This document shows, one piece after another, positions 26,982-32,000 of a DNA stretch of 32,000 nt. The notes beneath the pieces were generated by a model. The model was not told the DNA's origin, did not search any database, and worked only from the letters and a program-made list of their open reading frames with translations. A program made the translations under genes and the position numbers. The stretch is from the NCBI GenBank assembly GCA_021498095.1, contig JAIZWK010000001.1, forward strand, positions 3,540,001-3,572,000, written 5' to 3'. How positions within the stretch are numbered: the stretch's first letter is position 1; every line of letters starts with the position of its first letter. This DNA is from Candidatus Harpocratesius repetitus (lineage in GTDB: Archaea; Asgardarchaeota; Lokiarchaeia; Sigyniarchaeales; Promethearchaeaceae).

Positions 26982-29498
26982 TTAAAAAGAAATAGGTCCA
27001 ATTATAAGTGTTCCAGAATTCTCAAAATAAACAGTACAATTTTGTTCTAAAAACATCCTTAAATCTTGCTTTAATGAAATGTAATATGGGTTATCGCTAA
27101 ATTTTAAAATAAAAACATAGATTATATCACTTTTAAAGACATTTTGACAATAATACTGAAATTCATCTAAAGTTTTATTTCGATTTGATATTTGGTTATG
27201 TATAATTATTTCTGGAGAACCTGTATAAAGCAGATAGTCAGCACCTCTAAGAGTTAAGCAAAAAACGCCAGTGTTTGTTGGGTTTTGACTAATTATATTA
27301 TCCATTTGCTCAATTCCTTCCCATTCATCATCTTTAAGAGCATATACAGATTGAGTAAAACGATATCTTGTATCTACAACTATTGGAATAAATAGAAATG
27401 TAGAATTAATTAAAAAGAAAATAATGAGTGTTTTACTAATTGAACGAATTTTTTGATTGGATATCAAATCAGTTTTTGACTTTAAATATTGTATTGTTAT
27501 TGGTGCTAGAAAAGCACTCGGAATTACAATAAATTGCACAAATCGGGACTCAAAATATGTGGTTTTATATAGATTGAAATTAATCCATGTAATAATTTTT
27601 CCAAAGATATAAGCCAGAAATATCATTAAGACGAAAAATCGAAAATATTCGGGAAAATTTTTATTTTCATTGGTTGATTTATTATTGGAATCTTTCTTTA
27701 AATTTTTCAAAGAGGTATTTGCAATTATTAAAATTGCGCTCAATGCAAGAAAAAGTTTTGTTCCTAATAGAGCTATATCATACCAATTCACTTGCCCAAA
27801 ATTATAACTATAATTAGCATTCATTTGTTCATAATAGTCAATATTGAAAAATTTGTAAAGTCGAAATCCCCAAGCAATTAATAAATAGATTATAACACTA
27901 AGTGAGATACTAATTATTATTTTATTTTGGATTTCGGACTTGATTGTCAGGCTTATGTGATGATCAATCATATTCAATATTACATTACAGAGAAATGACA
28001 AGGATAATGCAAAAAACGATAAGCAAATTGCCAACAATATTGGAAAAAGGTGAGAACTAAATGAGAATAATGGGAATCTAGATGAAAGGAAGAGAAAAAT
28101 GAAAAACAATGCAGAAAAAACACTAGAAATCATAAATGAAATTTGCAATATCCACGATCGTTCAGCTTTATAATTAAAGATCCCATAAACAGCGATTATA
28201 CCAGAAAAAATAACAGCTTCTGCAATGTGTGTCAAAAACATTAAAGTACCCATGAAAGTAATAAGGAATATTTGATTATATTTTGAAAGATTTTTCTGTT
28301 GAGTTTGATTATGAATATGTTGATAATTATGCGAAAGTAATTCGGAATTGTAATTTTGATTGCGATTTTGGTTAAAAATTATTGCCAAAATTAAAAAAAT
28401 TGCTGTTATATTGGTAAAATTTGGAATATTCCACAAACCAATAAGTGAAAATGAAAAACTATTTTCTGTATTCATATTAAGAACTCGAATGATCGCTAAA
28501 TAAGAAATCTCGTGTAATTTTCCAGTAACTAAATAATAATTAATGAAATTAATTAATGAGCCCCAAACTGCATTTAAGATTGTAAAGAAAAATACGGTTA
28601 AAATTTGTAAATATGGTTTTTTCGGGAAAACACGCATACTTGCGGCTAAAACTGAAATGGGAAGAAAAAGAATTAAACTTAGATATGCTAACATATTTCC
28701 TTTTATTGTTCCATTGCTAATGCTAATAAAATAAGATTGAAAAGAATTTTCAAGAATGTAATAAAATTTATTTAAATTCTGGGGGCATTTTGCAATAACT
28801 TGAGCCCACTTGTAATGACGAGATATATCTGTTTCAATATATAGATGTTCTGGATATAAAATTATCCAACAAACTATGTAAAAGAAAATAACAAGCCCCA
28901 TACCCAATAGGACACCTAAATTAAAATGTACTCTGTAATTATCCTTAACTTTTTTGTTCCGAAAAGTATTGATAACACTTAATAAAACAGTGCCAATCAA
29001 TAAAATTACCTCTTTTTGCGAAATATCCCACATGGATAAAATGAGCCATGAAATTCCATAGAAAATAATCCCTATAAAGTAGGAAAGAAGCATTCGTTCT
29101 AATAGTGAAAGTCTTTTTTTGCAAAATCCGCTAATATCAATGAAAAAAGTGCCTGGAACTGTAACTAATATAATAAGCGAGATAAAAGCAAAAAGTGAAT
29201 TCTCTGTTGGATGAATTATATAAAAAAATAAAGAAAGAATGCTAAATCCAGTTATTATAAAATGAAAGATAGAGTGTTCAATAGATAATTCAGGTTTTTT
29301 ATTAAATGATATCTCTTTAAATAATGAAGAAGAGTATCGATCAAAAAAATACTTGATAAAGAAAGCCATCAATAAGATCTCTATAATCATGAAATAAAAC
29401 CAGATATGAATTCCTCTAAATGCTAATAATCCAATAGGTACAGAAAATAATATGGGAATAATAAAATACTTGAGTATCCAAACATGTTTTCGATTCAT
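26982..29498 (-). CDS. 838-aa polytopic membrane protein, GT-C-like, paralog of the N-terminal half of the 1486-aa protein
   Basis: Shared blocks: VPGTF/LPGFV, ETDISRHY/YIDIQRHY, THIAEAVIF/IHVVEATIF, GKIITWIN..FESRF/GRLITFIN..WETRF, EGIEQMDNIISQNP/EGIDNLSDLLDQNP. Confidence 0.6.
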   Translation of the reverse strand: MNRKHVWILKYFIIPILFSVPIGLLAFRGIHIWFYFMIIEILLMAFFIKYFFDRYSSSLFKEISFNKKPELSIEHSIFHFIITGFSILSLFFYIIHPTENSLFAFISLIILVTVPGTFFIDISGFCKKRLSLLERMLLSYFIGIIFYGISWLILSMWDISQKEVILLIGTVLLSVINTFRNKKVKDNYRVHFNLGVLLGMGLVIFFYIVCWIILYPEHLYIETDISRHYKWAQVIAKCPQNLNKFYYILENSFQSYFISISNGTIKGNMLAYLSLILFLPISVLAASMRVFPKKPYLQILTVFFFTILNAVWGSLINFINYYLVTGKLHEISYLAIIRVLNMNTENSFSFSLIGLWNIPNFTNITAIFLILAIIFNQNRNQNYNSELLSHNYQHIHNQTQQKNLSKYNQIFLITFMGTLMFLTHIAEAVIFSGIIAVYGIFNYKAERSWILQISFMISSVFSALFFIFLFLSSRFPLFSFSSHLFPILLAICLSFFALSLSFLCNVILNMIDHHISLTIKSEIQNKIIISISLSVIIYLLIAWGFRLYKFFNIDYYEQMNANYSYNFGQVNWYDIALLGTKLFLALSAILIIANTSLKNLKKDSNNKSTNENKNFPEYFRFFVLMIFLAYIFGKIITWINFNLYKTTYFESRFVQFIVIPSAFLAPITIQYLKSKTDLISNQKIRSISKTLIIFFLINSTFLFIPIVVDTRYRFTQSVYALKDDEWEGIEQMDNIISQNPTNTGVFCLTLRGADYLLYTGSPEIIIHNQISNRNKTLDEFQYYCQNVFKSDIIYVFILKFSDNPYYISLKQDLRMFLEQNCTVYFENSGTLIIGPISF

Positions 29499-29688
29499 AA
29501 GAAGTTCAAATAATTAGTTTTTAGGATTAATAATAAAGAATGAATAGAATTCAAGAATTATAAAATTCAGAATCTAATATTCTTTATATTTATTATATGT
29601 TTAAAATTTTTAAATCTCATGTGTTTTTAACTTTTTTTAATCTTTATCAATTTCAACTCATCAGAAAAAATTAAATGGGAAAAAACAT

Positions 29689-29744
29689 AACATTTGGAAC
29701 GAACCATAAACATTTTGAATTGAAACATTTAATACGAAACATTT
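29689..29744 (+). promoter_or_regulatory. Four direct copies of AACATTT upstream of a TTTAAATA box in a divergent promoter region
   Basis: Copies at 29689, 29709, 29724 and 29738; TATA-like TTTAAATA at 29758-29765, 24 nt before ATG 29789. Confidence 0.3.
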
Positions 29745-29788
29745 TTCAGTGATAAATTTTAAATATAATTTAAACAAAGGGATATGAA

Positions 29789-30598
29789 ATGACACTCAAT
29801 CAAATGCACCTCGCTGTGCCAGATATTAAAGAATTATCCTCTGCAACTGTGATCACACCTCAAAGATCCTACCCGTTACATGTTATTGTTCCCGTGTTCA
29901 ATGAAGAACATGCAATCAAGGATGTAATCCATCGTATAAAACGAGTTTTGCGAACATATCCCTATGAAACAAAAATAACTGTCATTGATGATGGAAGCAC
30001 AGATAAAACCATTGAAAAGATTGGTTCTGAGCCAGAAATTAATCTTGTTACAAATCGGATTAATCAGGGCAAAGCCCGGAGTTTGAATAAATGCTTCCGT
30101 ATGATTGGAGAGAATGAGATTGTGGTTTTAATTGATGGAGATGGTGAACATCCACCTGAAGAGATTATGAAATTAGTAACCCCGATTTTAAAGGGAAAAG
30201 CAGATATTGTTATTGGAACTCGTTTTTCACCCAAGTTTCCTTTATCCCTTGAAAAAGCACCTAAAGGATCATATCTCAATAACCATAAACGATTCAGTAA
30301 AATCCGCAAATTTGGGAATATAATTATATCAATACTTATTTTTTTATTATACAAACAATACATTTCTGATTCGCAAAGTGGATATCGTGCATTTAAACCA
30401 GGCATATTGATGAAATATCAATCAAAATTCACAGGATTTGAGATAGAGACAGAAATGACTCTTGAATTAATGAAAAGAGGATATAGATTATATGAGGTGC
30501 CAATTACCACAGGATTAAGCACCCGCGAATCACATATGCATATTTTTCGAGATAGTTTAAAAATATTCAAAACAATTCTGGTTTTAAAATATTGTTAA
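29789..30598 (+). CDS. GT2 glycosyltransferase, DPM1/polyprenol-phosphate sugar synthase-like
   Basis: VIVPVFNEE, IDDGSTD, NQGK, IDGDGEHPPEEI, IVIGTRF, SDSQSGYRAF, GFEIETEM, YEVPI. Confidence 0.87.
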   Translation: MTLNQMHLAVPDIKELSSATVITPQRSYPLHVIVPVFNEEHAIKDVIHRIKRVLRTYPYETKITVIDDGSTDKTIEKIGSEPEINLVTNRINQGKARSLNKCFRMIGENEIVVLIDGDGEHPPEEIMKLVTPILKGKADIVIGTRFSPKFPLSLEKAPKGSYLNNHKRFSKIRKFGNIIISILIFLLYKQYISDSQSGYRAFKPGILMKYQSKFTGFEIETEMTLELMKRGYRLYEVPITTGLSTRESHMHIFRDSLKIFKTILVLKYC

Positions 30599-31415
30599 AT
30601 TATTTTTAAAAACATATATAGAATAACCTAGTTTTGTTATATCTACTTAAATTTTTCTTATATTCTTTTTTTGGGTTTATATACCTTCAGACTCGTTCAA
30701 ATATTAATTTAAATAACCATCTTGCAATTTTAGAGCCACAACATTGAAGAAAAATCATTTCTTACAATTTTTTTAATTATCTTTAAATATATTGAAAACA
30801 AATCATTCAGAGATCTCCAATTCTCTGCAAATTAACATCATACTAAGAAAATTCACCTTGTATATTAGCACTAATCAAGAAAATAGTATATAAAAAGATA
30901 GACAAATAAAGTAATATTTTATGTAAAAATTTCGATGGCATGAACATAAACATATAAACAATTAATCCAACTCTTGACTGAGCGTTTTAAAATTAAAATT
31001 GAACGAAAATCTATAGAATCTATATAAAAACTTATGAATTGGCTTGTACAAAGATATACAATGGTTTAAATATCTAAGAATTAAAAGAAAAATCAGCTGA
31101 ATTTTGATTATCTTGATTTAGTTGAGACATTAAAAGGAATAATAAGTGTTCTTGTTGTATATTGATATTAAGAATAATTCATGATACAAAACGCTTACTT
31201 AACAAAAGCAGAAGACTATTTAGTTTTTCTAAAATCATTGGAGAAAAGAATCCTTTAAGAGATAAATACCCCAATTTTTAGAATTATTTCTGATATAAAA
31301 ACTGCTCAGAGAACATTGATTGAATTTATCTAACTTTATATCCATTTTGGCTAAAATATTTTTAATTTTTCATATCAAATGAAAAAAAAATCGGGCTATT
31401 TTTAATTACGAAGGA

Positions 31416-31811
31416 TCAATTCACTAACACCTCGGTTTGAATTTTTTTCCCCCATTTTTCGTTTAATTGAAATAATTGTTTAATTTCTGAATTATTCCAC
31501 TCATTAGAGAGAATTTTTGGGCTAAATCGGTGCAGAACAATGGTAATTCCTAAGATTTCGGGTTCATTTATGACTGTAATATATCCCTGAAATCGCTGTT
31601 CTAAACCCTCAGGTGTTTTAGGAACAGTTAAATGCACACGAGTCTTAATCCTACTATTAATATTCTTCGCCAGATTATTTAATAAAACTTTTGTCACAAA
31701 TAGTCTTGTATTTCCTTTATAGCAACTGTAACTGCGGAAAGCATATTTTTGCCAGTTTGAGAGTTTTATAAAAAATATCAATTTATGCATATCCCTGCTT
31801 TTCTTTGTCAT
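31416..31811 (-). CDS. Hypothetical protein, possibly the 3' part of a disrupted gene extending beyond the window
   Basis: 131-codon open frame in very AT-rich DNA; no recognisable motif; upstream sequence contains shorter protein-like frames. Confidence 0.35.
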   Translation of the reverse strand: MTKKSRDMHKLIFFIKLSNWQKYAFRSYSCYKGNTRLFVTKVLLNNLAKNINSRIKTRVHLTVPKTPEGLEQRFQGYITVINEPEILGITIVLHRFSPKILSNEWNNSEIKQLFQLNEKWGKKIQTEVLVN

Positions 31812-32000
31812 AAGCTTTAAAATAGTGTATGTTTTGCTCTAAAACTTCAATGAAATTGTCAATGAGATTTTTTTGAACGATAATATTAAAATAATTTAAA
31901 AAATAAGGCTTCTCTTAATTGATCCTTCATTCTTAAAAATAGTCAAAAATCGATAAATAATTCTTTTTAGAATTCACTTAAATGAAAAGATCTTAGATTT

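Noticed and set aside
28543-28734. Antisense ORF inside the 838-aa gene
   Set aside because: Mirror frame of the real gene.
17162-29498. Calling any large membrane protein AglB/STT3
   Set aside because: No WWDxG or DK/MI motif is visible in any of the three C-terminal domains.
30064-30405. Antisense ORF inside the GT2
   Set aside because: Mirror frame of the real gene.
30600-31415. Decayed transposase, HEPN or fourth GT-C gene in the 800-bp spacer (e.g. MIQNAYLTKAEDYLVFLKSLEKRIL* at 31181-31258)
   Set aside because: Protein-like snippets occur on both strands, but stop density is near random expectation for this AT content; only a homology search could rescue it.
1-32000. CRISPR arrays, tRNA and rRNA genes
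   Set aside because: No regularly spaced 25-40-bp repeats and no GC-rich structured RNA-like segment was found by eye.

Overview
AT-rich prokaryotic window that reads as archaeal: TATA-like boxes 25-30 nt upstream of several starts, PIN/UPF0175/AbrB toxin-antitoxin genes and an ISH3-like IS. A Lokiarchaeia/Asgard-type host is my impression only and cannot be proven from this window. The left 2.8 kb is a toxin-antitoxin patch: a partial AbrB-type gene, a UPF0175-like antitoxin, a PIN toxin split by a frameshift in an A9 run, and an integrase-SAM-like protein with no catalytic domain. From 2.9 to 30.6 kb lies one large surface-glycan locus. It encodes a eukaryote-type HAD phosphomannomutase divergent from mannose-1-P guanylyltransferase, cysD-cysN(C) sulfate activation (CysD carries a CC/CxxC motif; the APS-kinase domain is degenerate), rmlB-rmlD-rmlA without rmlC, three GT4, one GT2 and a Wzx-like flippase. 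It also encodes two polyprenol-P-sugar-synthase-like GT2 enzymes and three large polytopic GT-C-like proteins, one of 1486 aa with a sequon-rich ectodomain. An intact-looking 1467-bp IS with 25-bp TIRs and an 8-bp target duplication sits among the GT-C genes. No rRNA, tRNA or CRISPR array was seen. All family assignments come from motif recognition by eye, not database searches.
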